The notes beneath the pieces were generated by a model. It ran no database searches. It saw only the letters and a program-made list of their open reading frames with translations, and was not told where the DNA came from. This document shows, piece after piece, positions 17,319 through 29,938 of a stretch of DNA of 64,000 nt. The position numbers and the translations under genes were made by a program. This DNA comes from a virus. Lineage: Duplodnaviria > Heunggongvirae > Uroviricota > Caudoviricetes. The DNA is taken from positions 1 through 64,000 of the IMG/VR virus record IMGVR_UViG_3300045146_000225. One strand, written 5' to 3'. The stretch's first letter is position 1. Each line of letters starts with the position of its first letter.

Positions 17319-19511
17319 TTAACGCAACCTGTCTACCTCGAACTTCATAGAATCTGAATCGACGCAAGTAACCCTGAACATAGGGGTGACGTAAACGTTA
17401 GCCAACACCGGTGGAGTAACAGTCGTATCGTACCCTATGCCGACGAAATCATCATAGGTGAATCGTTTTATCAACTTGCTGTACGTACCTGCACCCATCT
17501 TGTTGGTCGCGTCCGTCATCAAGAGCACACCACCAACGCTACCAGAACCACCGGCGAACACCACTTTGGTGTCGAACACTATGTCCATCACCTGCCCGCT
17601 GCTCCACGGTACGAGCGTGTCATCAACACGTATGGTGTAATCGCTGGATATGGTGACATCACCCGTGTGCGAGTGCTTCAGGTAATTGCAGTTCTTGTTA
17701 AGCTTAACCGTGTTGACTATATCAGTAGAGAACAAATTGGTCTTGTACGACAGGACATCCGGGTTATACTCCTGCGGGTGGTCAACGAGGTTGTTTATCG
17801 CCGACCTGCTCATGTTGTACGTAACGTCAACTGTAGTCGTGTTCTCCATTATGTTGTTGTACTTCTTGTAAAGGTCAGTTATGAACATCATTACCGACTG
17901 CGAGTTCTCGAATAAAGAACTAGCCGCGGATACAGAGTTTTCCAAAACACCTATCCTTAAAGCCAGCTCTTCCTTGTTCTCGTCGTTAAGGAACAACTGC
18001 TTCAACGTTGTTATCTCGTTGCGCATATCGGTTATGTACGTGATGTTATCCCGGTAAGCCGACGACATGTCGTTCATCGAAGTGAGTGCCTGTATGAACA
18101 GGTCCATCGAGAACGTGTTGTAATCGCCACCGGTCTTCGTGTTAAGCAACTTCACGACACCAGCGTTATCGTGTGAACTGTCACTCTTCAAGTTTATCTT
18201 CTCTGCAAGCGCGTTGCCATTTATCTTGCCGACTAGGTCAGGCTTGTACTTAGCCTTAACATGCACGATGTGTTCAGTGCCCACGCCGACCATGTTCGAC
18301 ACGAACTGCACGCCATACAGGTTGGTTACCGTCTTCACATTAGAAGGATCAGACGAATCAACCATGTCGTAGTATATCAACACCACGTTGTACTCGAAGT
18401 CCTTGGAACCGATATACGAGTTGAAATCATTGAGGTTCTCTATCGAATCGTTACCCTTCGCGAGCTTGTACGAATCGAGATCCCAGTCGATCATTATACC
18501 ATCCAACGTGTTCCTCGGGCACATCACGCTGGTGTTCCCCGAAGTCTTCCTAGACACATCGGTCACAGCAGTACCGAACGCTGGCTCCGTCATGTAAGAG
18601 TTAGGCACCGCGTTGTTGATACCATCTATGAACCACGCACCGCTCTCCCACGCGCCGTTTGTGAACTTCTCGTACACCACGTTCTCATCGCCGTCGTAAT
18701 CGTAATACGACTTTGCGGTCAACCCGAACGGGTGCACATCATCCTCATCCCTACCAGACAAGTACTCTATACTAGACGTGGCGTTAGCGACGTTTACGTA
18801 ATTGGTACCAACCTTGTAATTATCATCGGACACCGACTTGAACAACACGTGAGGTGTAGTACCGTGGTCGGTAGGAACATATATGTACAGCTCCGTGTAA
18901 ACGTTATCGCCCTTGTTGGTATGCACGGCTGATATGTCGTTTATGTACTTGACGACCTTGTTGTAACCAATGAAAGCACCCGAATCCACGTCGAACACCT
19001 CGTCTTCCTCGACGAACCTGCCACCGGTAGCGGCGTTCTCGTACGTGTTACCTGCCCTGAAACGCAAGGCACCCGACTCCTTCAACCACTTGAAGAAAAC
19101 CCTCTCGGAAGTAGTAGACCTGTTGCCGCTCTTGTAAGCAGGCTGCGACATCAACACAGCCTCCATGTTGAGGCAGTAGTTCTGGAAGCTCTCCGCAAGG
19201 TTCATCGACTGCTCGGTTGCACCACCAGCCCTTAACAACGTCGGGTCTATGATTAGAGAATCACCAACCGCGCCCAACTGCATCTTATTCACCACGCTCG
19301 GCTTAACAACCATGTCTCCGTTGACAACATCGAACACGTCGGACTCGGACAACACCCCTATCTCGGGGACACGGAGCAAGGCGAACTTAGAGAACGTGAA
19401 CTTCATGTTCTGCTGGCTCGCTATCAAGTTCGTGTCGTTTATCGCGCTCTGGAATGCGTAAAACACACCAGACCTGTTAGTTATGGGTTTTATCAACGGG
19501 GTTACTGCCAT
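17319..19511 (-). CDS. Virion structural protein (730 aa), a putative baseplate or fibre component.
   Basis: Late operon context. No recognisable motif. Confidence 0.6.
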   Translation of the reverse strand: MAVTPLIKPITNRSGVFYAFQSAINDTNLIASQQNMKFTFSKFALLRVPEIGVLSESDVFDVVNGDMVVKPSVVNKMQLGAVGDSLIIDPTLLRAGGATEQSMNLAESFQNYCLNMEAVLMSQPAYKSGNRSTTSERVFFKWLKESGALRFRAGNTYENAATGGRFVEEDEVFDVDSGAFIGYNKVVKYINDISAVHTNKGDNVYTELYIYVPTDHGTTPHVLFKSVSDDNYKVGTNYVNVANATSSIEYLSGRDEDDVHPFGLTAKSYYDYDGDENVVYEKFTNGAWESGAWFIDGINNAVPNSYMTEPAFGTAVTDVSRKTSGNTSVMCPRNTLDGIMIDWDLDSYKLAKGNDSIENLNDFNSYIGSKDFEYNVVLIYYDMVDSSDPSNVKTVTNLYGVQFVSNMVGVGTEHIVHVKAKYKPDLVGKINGNALAEKINLKSDSSHDNAGVVKLLNTKTGGDYNTFSMDLFIQALTSMNDMSSAYRDNITYITDMRNEITTLKQLFLNDENKEELALRIGVLENSVSAASSLFENSQSVMMFITDLYKKYNNIMENTTTVDVTYNMSRSAINNLVDHPQEYNPDVLSYKTNLFSTDIVNTVKLNKNCNYLKHSHTGDVTISSDYTIRVDDTLVPWSSGQVMDIVFDTKVVFAGGSGSVGGVLLMTDATNKMGAGTYSKLIKRFTYDDFVGIGYDTTVTPPVLANVYVTPMFRVTCVDSDSMKFEVDRLR

Positions 19512-19543
19512 AATGATATGATGCTATTTTGTACCGGTTAAAA

Positions 19544-20467
19544 TTACACGCTTAAATCAACAACGTCCATTGATTTAACCATAACGCCTTTACCGTGGTA
19601 ATACTTGAACGTCAACGTAACAGTGTTCGCACAGTAGAAAGTCGAGAACTTGGGTATGGTTATACTTTGAGCTTGCCCCACTACACCAGTAGCAACACGT
19701 TTATTCATGAACGAACCGGTAGATAGACGAACGGTAACATCACCCATGGTAGATATAGAGGTGGTACCGTTCGTTATATCACCAAAAGCTATGCTGAACA
19801 ACCTGCCGTCCTCGGTATCATCAAGGTCTGTAACATCAACAACAACATCCACTGCATACATGTCGTAATAACCAGCCGTGGCGTTCTGCGGCAAAGTAAC
19901 ATTAAGCAATATATCAGACTTCACGGTATTATTCGGCAAACCATCACCCTTCAAAATAGTGACACCAACGGTGGCTGTAGTAGTAGGAACATCAATAACC
20001 GCAAGAACTGGAGCACTACCGTAACCCTCACGCACTATACCATTAAGGTTAACATCATCGTACGATATATCACCGATAACATTCAAATCACCGTTCACCG
20101 TTACATCACCACTAGTCTCCAGTATATCAAACGCCGCCTTGACCTTACCGTTGGTATCAGCCTTTATACCGTTAGATTTGTCCACTGTACCGTCGGCTTT
20201 CGTGAAAACTATACCGGTAGTCGGGTTACCGCTAGATTCAGCCAACCTGACGTTCACCGACTTAGAGTACACATTATAAAGCGGCTCAGAACCGTAACCC
20301 AACGACGTGTTGCCGTTATTATCGGTGTATAACCTTAAATTGTTGATGGTATTCTCAATGTTTACCCTTAACAACTGCGTGTTGTAATTTATCTTACCCG
20401 CGTACTCCGGTATGTAATCGCTGTTCAACAAATCCTTAACTGTCAAGGAGACCTTATTATATGCCAT
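19544..20467 (-). CDS. Virion structural protein (307 aa).
   Basis: Late operon context. The size and position match T4 gp8 only by analogy. Confidence 0.55.
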   Translation of the reverse strand: MAYNKVSLTVKDLLNSDYIPEYAGKINYNTQLLRVNIENTINNLRLYTDNNGNTSLGYGSEPLYNVYSKSVNVRLAESSGNPTTGIVFTKADGTVDKSNGIKADTNGKVKAAFDILETSGDVTVNGDLNVIGDISYDDVNLNGIVREGYGSAPVLAVIDVPTTTATVGVTILKGDGLPNNTVKSDILLNVTLPQNATAGYYDMYAVDVVVDVTDLDDTEDGRLFSIAFGDITNGTTSISTMGDVTVRLSTGSFMNKRVATGVVGQAQSITIPKFSTFYCANTVTLTFKYYHGKGVMVKSMDVVDLSV

Positions 20468-20485
20468 ATATTTTACACTCTTATT

Positions 20486-23400
20486 TTAACCTAACCTATA
20501 ACTCAACCTGCCCTCGGCGTACTCGATGTACCCGAGCCTATCCTTAACGCAAACGTGGTTCTTGCCGTAGAAACCATGCACGTTACCCGCGTTGTCGACG
20601 ACATCAACAGATATATCGTACATGCCATCGGTATCGAAGAACCACACAAGACACATCGTGTTCCTAACCGTGGCTATAACCGAACCGCTAGAACCATCAA
20701 TTATCTTCCACACCACGCGCTTCTTGCTACTTATGTTATTTATGAAGAAAAACACGTGCTTGTATTGAGGCACGGTGACACAGCCGTTGGTTATCTTGCA
20801 CGTGTTGATGTTTATGAAATTATCCACGAAGTACATCGACAAACCGCCGTACTGAACACCATCAATAACATCGACGTACTTGTTATCCACGTAATAATCC
20901 ATAGACATCGCCCTACCGTTTATCATGTCAACGTAAGGAACGCCAGCGTGTATCAACTCGTACCCTCCGAAACCGCTTTCCTTGAAAGCACTTACAACAC
21001 CATCCACGGCGTAATCCATAGCATCGAACGACATCATCTTCTCGGGAACATACGAACCATCACCCTGTAACCTTAGAACTTCCACGGGCAAGAACCCTTT
21101 ATTGGTCAAGTCCCTGCAACTCGCTATTATGTACCTGAACTCGGACGCACCCTCGTTCGGTTCGTAGATAGAGAACTCGAACATGGCTATACCCGGGTTG
21201 TAATCGTACACAGGCTCGTACACGTAAACACCGTTCTCTATAACAGGGTTACCTTGGTAATCCAGCGCGTTGGTATAACCAGAATAACCGTTGTTCAAAA
21301 GGAAGCAATACGTTTCAAGCGATGTCGGTATCGTTGGTGGTAACACGGGGACAACCCATTCCGGATAACCGTGCGTGGGGTGGTAACCAACACGTATCTT
21401 ATCACCAGCCTTTATACCCTTCAAGTAAAAGCAAGGCACCACATCGTTAGACATGACACAATCGACCGCCCGTATGTGGTACAGGTCACCGACGGGGAAC
21501 GACGCTAAATCCTGAACCCTCAAGCACTTCCTGTCACCAAAACGCAAGTTCTCAACGAACGGGTACGTCGATGTCACGACGCTCTCCCACGCCCTAGTCT
21601 CGCTGTTGTAAACCTCAGCACCCTTCAATTCGGCTGATATGATACACGAGTCTATTATGTTCGGGTCAACCTCGACACCGTTATCTATATCAATGACGTT
21701 CACCCTCGGGCAATAAGCAGCCGACGTGCCGAAATCAGACACCATCACATTGTGGAGGTCACCGGTCATGAACGATGTCTTGTCGTTGGCAACGAAAGCA
21801 GTCACGACACTAGGCGCAACCCTGTTCACGACCACCAGCGACGCGTTGTAAGAGTACGAGTAGTTACCGCTGAAATCCCACACCCTAGCTGATATGTTGT
21901 AATCACCAGAATACGGCAGTATGATGGGAAGCTGCCTCAGAGCATGCACACTGCCCCTCTGCACGAACTCATACTTCCTGTTGTTGTTTACGGAAGTAAC
22001 GTGGGATACGGTCCACTCTATCTCGTACATGTCCTTGTACTTTATAGTCTCGGCGGTGGAGTTAGACAAAATGTTAAGCTCGTCTCCGTTATCCGTGAAG
22101 TGGTGTATATTTATACCATCAAGCTCGGAAACCCTTAGCTCTGGTACATCCAGCGACAATATAACGGGGCAACCTATCGGCTTCATACCATCATCCGTGT
22201 ACTCGTTGCTGTTATCGCGTATCCTGTTGCCGTAATCAGGCAGTATACTGGTGTAGTAATCGTTCACCGCCTGTATCATGCCCGGTATATCAGCCTCGTT
22301 TATTGATTTAGGAGCTACCGGCGGGTTATCGTACAAATCACAGAACGACACCTTCGGGAACTCGAGCATACCATCACCCTTGTACTTGACCTTACTGAAC
22401 GAACTTACATCCGATACCTGGAAAAAAGCACCATCCGGTAAAACCTTAACGGATAACTCGCGGTTGAGGTTAACGACAGGTACCTCTATGGAATCAGACC
22501 ACACGTACGTCTTGAAGCTTATGAAGTACTTCCACTCGCCGATGACATCCTTTATGGTGACATTAACAGGCAAGAACGTGTCGTGGAGCATATCCTTCAA
22601 CTTGTGCAGCTTGTAGAACATCTCCGATGAAGCCATGTCCGTGGTGCTAACCATTATCGGCAAACCATCGGCATCGTACTCGCCCGACTCGACATCGAAC
22701 TGGTACGCCAAGGCAAGGAAACCAGATTTAGAGAACGAGCTATCGAACTTGATGTTCTTGTTGTTCTCTATCATGTTCATGTTGTCTATCTTGCCGTCGT
22801 CAAGCATATCGGCTATGCTCACCAGCATGTACTTGTTGAAATACGACGATTTGGAGTTGACGTTCTTCCAGTACTCCCTTATATCAAGGACACCCTTGTA
22901 CCCGAGGACATCAACGAAGTTCTTCAACCCAATGTACGTGCCGACATACGGGAATATCTCCTCCTTGTTTATTATAAGCTGCTTGCGTATGTCGTTAACC
23001 AGCGTCCAGTCAGGGTAAGCCTCCTTTATATCGTAATCCTTTATACATAAAGAATCCGTCCTGTTGAAACGAATGCCGAAGTTCTCTAGTATGACCCTCA
23101 TGCGCTCGTCCTCGCCGACACCCTCGCCGTAGAACTTCACGTTAAGGAACTTGACCATGGAACCACCCGCCGACACCACGTAGCCGTTAAGGTACCTCTC
23201 GAATATCGACTCCGACGACGGGCAGAAAGCCACGTTTAACTGTAGCGGTAACCTGACACCAGACACGCTCTCGGAGATCGTGACGGAATTAACCTTGTTT
23301 ATGTACGGGTAGCCGTTCGAATCATCATCAACCACGTCGTACAGGAAGAACTCCTGCACCGAATCACCGACCCACTTGAACAACAGCGATTCGCCGGCAG

Positions 23401-23584
23401 ATAGCTCCGGGAAGTAGAAGTTACCGTCCTGCTTCTCCTGCAACACGAACAAGTTGACGTTATCGTACAAGGATAAAGACAGAGGTTGAAGGTACACCTC
23501 GCCAACGAAACAACCATCCGGGTCAACCTCGTAATTACACGGGTACCCGTCCTTATCGAAAAACCTCAAATCATTGACCTGCAT
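20486..23584 (-). CDS. Large virion structural protein (1032 aa), a possible baseplate wedge (gp7-like by size and order only).
   Basis: First gene of the operon. An AATAAATAA element lies about 30 nt upstream (23606-23614). Confidence 0.6.
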   Translation of the reverse strand: MQVNDLRFFDKDGYPCNYEVDPDGCFVGEVYLQPLSLSLYDNVNLFVLQEKQDGNFYFPELSAGESLLFKWVGDSVQEFFLYDVVDDDSNGYPYINKVNSVTISESVSGVRLPLQLNVAFCPSSESIFERYLNGYVVSAGGSMVKFLNVKFYGEGVGEDERMRVILENFGIRFNRTDSLCIKDYDIKEAYPDWTLVNDIRKQLIINKEEIFPYVGTYIGLKNFVDVLGYKGVLDIREYWKNVNSKSSYFNKYMLVSIADMLDDGKIDNMNMIENNKNIKFDSSFSKSGFLALAYQFDVESGEYDADGLPIMVSTTDMASSEMFYKLHKLKDMLHDTFLPVNVTIKDVIGEWKYFISFKTYVWSDSIEVPVVNLNRELSVKVLPDGAFFQVSDVSSFSKVKYKGDGMLEFPKVSFCDLYDNPPVAPKSINEADIPGMIQAVNDYYTSILPDYGNRIRDNSNEYTDDGMKPIGCPVILSLDVPELRVSELDGINIHHFTDNGDELNILSNSTAETIKYKDMYEIEWTVSHVTSVNNNRKYEFVQRGSVHALRQLPIILPYSGDYNISARVWDFSGNYSYSYNASLVVVNRVAPSVVTAFVANDKTSFMTGDLHNVMVSDFGTSAAYCPRVNVIDIDNGVEVDPNIIDSCIISAELKGAEVYNSETRAWESVVTSTYPFVENLRFGDRKCLRVQDLASFPVGDLYHIRAVDCVMSNDVVPCFYLKGIKAGDKIRVGYHPTHGYPEWVVPVLPPTIPTSLETYCFLLNNGYSGYTNALDYQGNPVIENGVYVYEPVYDYNPGIAMFEFSIYEPNEGASEFRYIIASCRDLTNKGFLPVEVLRLQGDGSYVPEKMMSFDAMDYAVDGVVSAFKESGFGGYELIHAGVPYVDMINGRAMSMDYYVDNKYVDVIDGVQYGGLSMYFVDNFININTCKITNGCVTVPQYKHVFFFINNISSKKRVVWKIIDGSSGSVIATVRNTMCLVWFFDTDGMYDISVDVVDNAGNVHGFYGKNHVCVKDRLGYIEYAEGRLSYRLG

Positions 23585-23621
23585 CTAACGGAGAACGCTT
23601 TGGTTTATTTATTAAAGGTTT

Positions 23622-24269
23622 TCATATAGTGTATATCTCACTGTCGCCACCCTGGTTCAACGATAGGAACGACATGCTCGCTATGTAATCAATCTTAACA
23701 TCAATGGAATCGACGTGACCAACACCGTCGATGAAGCAGCACGTAGCGTCGATGTTAGACTTATCGTACTCGAACCACCGCGATAACACGCTACCGCACT
23801 TGTACCTGACGAATATCTTCTTTATCTGGCTATACGACATCGTGTCGCAGAACATCTTCTCCACGCAACTTATCTCCGACACTAGCTTTGGGAAATCAAT
23901 GGCATCATCAATCTCCACCTTGTACTTCTTCTGGTGCTTTATGAACCTGTGCTTGTGTATGACCTTGAACTCCTTGGCATACCCGTTGAATATGAACGAC
24001 GTGAAGAACGAGAACGGGTCGTTGCAATCCTTCTCGTTGAAATTACGCCAGTACTTGCACAAGTCGTGCAACGCTGACTGTATCACGTCTTCCTGGTCCC
24101 TCGGGTCAGGGTAATTCAAGTTGGCGTGTTTAACACCATGCGATGCCATCTTTATGAAGTAATTCACGGCGCCATCGGTAAGGGCATCCCTGCGTTTAGA
24201 CTCGACTATCTCCCTGTAGAAATCAGCCTGGTCTATCCTCAACCTGGTACCTATCTTCTTGTAACCCAA
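23622..24269 (-). CDS. Late sigma factor, gp55-like.
   Basis: YWRNFNEKDCNDPFSFFTSFIFNGYAKEFKVIHKHRFIKHQKKY aligns with T4 gp55 [40 protein letters not shown]. Confidence 0.6.
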   Translation of the reverse strand: MGYKKIGTRLRIDQADFYREIVESKRRDALTDGAVNYFIKMASHGVKHANLNYPDPRDQEDVIQSALHDLCKYWRNFNEKDCNDPFSFFTSFIFNGYAKEFKVIHKHRFIKHQKKYKVEIDDAIDFPKLVSEISCVEKMFCDTMSYSQIKKIFVRYKCGSVLSRWFEYDKSNIDATCCFIDGVGHVDSIDVKIDYIASMSFLSLNQGGDSEIYTI

Positions 24270-24284
24270 AACATCGTTATTTTT

Positions 24285-24989
24285 TTATCCGTTTATCGTC
24301 TTGTATATCTTCATAACAGGCAGACAAGCATCTATGATATCGTTGAACGGCGACTTTATGACAGACTTATCATCCTTTGTAACCCTCAGCACCTTGTCAT
24401 CCTTGTTATCGACTATATAGTTGTAGAACACCGTGCTCTTCAGCTTGGGCAACACGGGATCTTCGATGAACGCGTTGAAGATCTCGGACTTGGCGGCGTT
24501 GCCCTTGCACCCTATGCTGTTCTTCAACTCGCTAGGTGAGAATACGAACAACTTGTTAACATCATTCTTCAATACAGACAACATCAACTCCCGCCTGAAC
24601 ATGCCGGTCGCCTGAGCCGTGTCGAAAACGGCTGAACCTTCAGACGAGTAGCTGTACCCCTCCATCCCGACAAGGGTGTCCGGCAAGTTGCCCGTACAAT
24701 CAATTATCTTGTTTGCCAACACGTTGCTCACGTGCATGTGGTTTATCAACTTGACACGCTCGGATTCCTGGTACGTCATACCATCATAATCAACACACGC
24801 ATTCACGCGTTTGGTAATGGTGAAATTAATATAACCATTGCTTTTTTTCGATAAATCAGACAGCACGTCGAGAGTCTTCTTCGGCATCTTCGTCGGGTTT
24901 ACTATGGAACCGAACCAGTACTCATCAAAATCACGGGTGATGCAATAAGACGCGTGGGTTATCGAGTAATCTATCCCTACTATATACAC
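24285..24989 (-). CDS. RuvC-like Holliday junction resolvase (RNase H fold).
   Basis: MYIVGIDYS (first Asp), GMEGYS (Glu), and C-terminal FNDIIDACL (D-x-x-DA). Confidence 0.5.
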   Translation of the reverse strand: MYIVGIDYSITHASYCITRDFDEYWFGSIVNPTKMPKKTLDVLSDLSKKSNGYINFTITKRVNACVDYDGMTYQESERVKLINHMHVSNVLANKIIDCTGNLPDTLVGMEGYSYSSEGSAVFDTAQATGMFRRELMLSVLKNDVNKLFVFSPSELKNSIGCKGNAAKSEIFNAFIEDPVLPKLKSTVFYNYIVDNKDDKVLRVTKDDKSVIKSPFNDIIDACLPVMKIYKTING

Positions 24990-25107
24990 GTGGTTTATCT
25001 TTTATTTAGAAACGTACACGTGTGTCATATAATTATTGCCGATTAGAAAATCACTACAACTAACAACATTTGGTAGAACTTTATTTTGAAAAACAAATAA
25101 AATGTTT

Positions 25108-25115
25108 TATATTTG
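25108..25115 (+). promoter_or_regulatory. Bacteroidota -7 box TATATTTG. It sits inside a 30-bp cassette that is duplicated at 34899.
   Basis: tatatttgttgttataagtatgtatttttt versus tatatttgttgttataaatatgtattattttt. Confidence 0.55.
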
Positions 25116-25157
25116 TTGTTATAAGTATGTATTTTTTTTAACATAAAACTTTCTTAT

Positions 25158-25397
25158 ATGAAAGATATTAAACAAATGGAAGTAGAAGAACTTCGTAAAG
25201 AAATGGATGACCTTTGGGGATACTTGTATATGACAAAGGAAACAGGAACGTATGATAAATTTGAATGGAACGGATTAGATTATTGGGATGCTGATAGACG
25301 ATATCACAAAATATCACAAGAAGTTATTCTACGAAGTTTATTAGAACACGCTCTTAGCAGAAGAGAAAATAAAATATCAAAAAGCAAATCAAGATGA
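25158..25397 (+). CDS. Small protein (79 aa), translationally coupled to the C5 methyltransferase by an ATGA overlap.
   Basis: ORF with AT-rich codon usage like the methyltransferase. Confidence 0.45.
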   Translation: MKDIKQMEVEELRKEMDDLWGYLYMTKETGTYDKFEWNGLDYWDADRRYHKISQEVILRSLLEHALSRRENKISKSKSR

Positions 25398-26425
25398 AGT
25401 ATAAATTTATAGACTTATTCGCAGGAATTGGAGGTTTTAGAATAGGCTTTGAAGAAGCAGGTTTTAAATGCGTATTCACATCAGAAATTAATCCTCATTG
25501 CCAACAAGTTTACGAAACAAACTTTGGAGAAAAACCATTTGGGGACATTACCAAAATCAATCCAGCAGATATTCCAGATTTTGATATTTTATTAGGAGGG
25601 TTTCCTTGTCAACCATTTAGCATTTCTGGTAAAAAAATGGGATTTGAAGACACAAGGGGAACTTTGTTTTTTGATATTTGCCAAATAATTGACAGCAAAC
25701 AACCCAAAGTTGTGGTTTTAGAAAATGTAAAACATTTAATACACCACGACAAAGGAAGAACTTTTACAGTTATTATAAAAGCTTTAATGGACTTAGGTTA
25801 CAATGTAGCGCATAAAATATTAAATGCTAAAGATTTCGGACTCCCTCAAAACAGAGAAAGAATTTTTATCATCGCAACAAAAAATCATTATTTTGATTTT
25901 GCTAAATTAAAAAAGAAAAAGAAAGTTATATTAAGAGATTTTTTAGACACTGAAGGCGATTTTGAATTTATAGACAAATCAGAATACACTTTAATTGACA
26001 TTCCTAAAAAACAAGAAAGTGGTCTTTTATTCGTAGGATACAGAAATAAAAACACTTGGAAAAATGGCATTAGGGAAAATACTGAACATCTTTCAAGGGT
26101 TCATCGGCAACCAAACAGAATTTATTCAATCGATGGAAATCATCCTACAATTCCCTCACAAGAAACAACAGGAAGATTTTTTATTTACATTCCAGAATTA
26201 GATGCAGTTAGGAAATTAACATTGAATGAATGTTATAAAATAATGGGCTTTAAGCCAAATTTTAAAAAACATTCAAATGTCGGGGAACAATATAAACAAA
26301 TTGGAAATTCTGTTGCTATTCCAGTGATAAGAGCCATTGCTGAAAGTATAAACGAACAAAAATTATTAATCGATGAATCACAAAGACAAATTGTTGGAGA
26401 TTTACAAACTCTCCTTTTCGCTTAA
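25394..26425 (+). CDS. DNA (cytosine-5) methyltransferase.
   Basis: Motif I FAGIGG, motif IV GFPCQPFS, motif VI ENV, and a C-terminal Q.GNSV motif. Confidence 0.9.
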   Translation: MKYKFIDLFAGIGGFRIGFEEAGFKCVFTSEINPHCQQVYETNFGEKPFGDITKINPADIPDFDILLGGFPCQPFSISGKKMGFEDTRGTLFFDICQIIDSKQPKVVVLENVKHLIHHDKGRTFTVIIKALMDLGYNVAHKILNAKDFGLPQNRERIFIIATKNHYFDFAKLKKKKKVILRDFLDTEGDFEFIDKSEYTLIDIPKKQESGLLFVGYRNKNTWKNGIRENTEHLSRVHRQPNRIYSIDGNHPTIPSQETTGRFFIYIPELDAVRKLTLNECYKIMGFKPNFKKHSNVGEQYKQIGNSVAIPVIRAIAESINEQKLLIDESQRQIVGDLQTLLFA

Positions 26426-26491
26426 CGACATTAAAGATATAGATAAGAAAACAAAAAGTTTTATCAAATCTATTGGAGAAAGAATTAATAC

Positions 26492-26728
26492 TCAAAAAGG
26501 TGTTTTTACTGTTTGATTTATAACGTGCATAGGTATTATTTTAGAACCACCACACACATCACACCCAAACATACCACTTGACATGCTAGTTCCACCATAC
26601 CATTGCTTCACCATTACGTGTCCATCACCGTTGCATTTTGGACAAAGTTGGTAAGGCACAGTAGACAACACAGTATAACCACAATTAGTGTGGTTCTGTG
26701 TTTTTGATTCTTTTGTTTTTCTTTCCAT
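26492..26728 (-). CDS. Small Cys-rich protein with a zinc-ribbon-like CPKCNGDG...CDVCGGS.
   Basis: ORF with CxxC pairs. Confidence 0.4.
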   Translation of the reverse strand: MERKTKESKTQNHTNCGYTVLSTVPYQLCPKCNGDGHVMVKQWYGGTSMSSGMFGCDVCGGSKIIPMHVINQTVKTPF

Positions 26729-26984
26729 GTTATATTTTATGATTATTGTAACTATTTACCACCCTTATAATGGGGTTATTGTTGTGAATATCAATATGAT
26801 AGATTTTGTTAAAATAAAATTTAAGTTTTTGTTGACTTTTGTAATAATTTGAATATGAATATTTTAACAAAAGTCAAGTTAAAAAAATAAATTACCTATC
26901 TGTTTCAAGTTCTTACTGTATGCCATATTTTTTACTATTTTAATTATTTACATTCTAATCAGACACTAAATGAAATAGTTGACG

Positions 26985-27209
26985 TTAGAACTCATCCTCA
27001 AACAATTGACAATCTAGGTACATTGATAATACTTTTTGATTTGTAGTTAATCCATATTTACCTTTAAAACACAAAAAGGATCTATCCGAGTACAAATTAA
27101 CGTCCATTACCTTACAGTGTTTACATTTAATACAAGATGTACGAGTGTTAACATCACCTAATATACCATTATTGGTATCATTATCGTTTGATAGTTTATC
27201 GGTATTCAT
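26985..27209 (-). CDS. Small Cys-rich protein (74 aa).
   Basis: ORF with a CIKCKHC motif. Confidence 0.35.
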   Translation of the reverse strand: MNTDKLSNDNDTNNGILGDVNTRTSCIKCKHCKVMDVNLYSDRSFLCFKGKYGLTTNQKVLSMYLDCQLFEDEF

Positions 27210-27524
27210 ATTTTTATCACGTGTTTAAAGTTTATACCTAGTGTTGCCGTGATGATACCAGCATTCAATACCTCCGTTAAAATTACCAAAAGAAACATTT
27301 ACCGCTCCGATATGTTCCGATGGTTCTACTTTCCAATTTCCTCTCGTGTACATATTATTATGATTTAAAGATTAAACAATAAAAGAAGTGCTACACCTAC
27401 AGTTTATTCTTCGGAACACCCCTCTCGTATTCGGTGATGCCGATTATCACCAAGCCGTCAAGCAGCACAAAGGTAATGCTTTTTTTGTTTAAATAATCCA
27501 AATGCTCTGGCGTTTATTTCTAAA

Positions 27525-27740
27525 TTATTTCAAATCTTTCCTCTCGTCGCAGAGTTTCTGGACCAATTTTGCACTGTATGGACGCTTGTTACAGTTCCAG
27601 TTAATCTCCCGGTAAACCGTGCTCATGTCCGTCTCAACTATCTGAGCAATTTTATTTTTCGGTGTTCCTGTTTGGAGCAAAGCATCAATTTGATACCTTT
27701 GCTCTATGGTAGTCGATTTCCCCCGTTTCGTTATTTGCCA
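27525..27740 (-). pseudogene. IS30-family transposase N-terminal HTH fragment. It has no start codon and begins in frame directly after the ligA stop.
   Basis: TIEQRYQIDALLQTGTPKNKIAQIVETDMSTVYREINWNCNKRPYSAKL matches IS30 LSEREEIRAGL...IATALNRSPSTISREVQRNRGRRYYKA. Confidence 0.45.
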
Positions 27741-29809
<2,069 letters not shown>

Positions 29810-29830
29810 TTGTCTGTGTTCCATATTTAA

Positions 29831-29865
29831 CCTGAAAAATGAGTATTCAATAACTCATTTTCAGG
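29831..29865 (-). terminator. Near-perfect 14-bp hairpin after dam.
   Basis: cctgaaaaatgagt attcaata actcattttcagg. Confidence 0.5.
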
Positions 29866-29938
29866 TATCATTTTAACTGGAGTTCTCGGTGATGTTGTAA
29901 CGAATATTACTTTGCTGTCAATCCTTGCCATAATCTAT

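Noticed and set aside
18261-18932. Long plus-strand ORFs (for example 18261-18932, 20555-21070, 7586-8125, 8870-9343) inside the big minus-strand structural genes
   Set aside because: They are shadow ORFs antisense to GC-rich coding sequence. They are rich in Arg, His and Val, have no motifs, and fully overlap better-supported genes.
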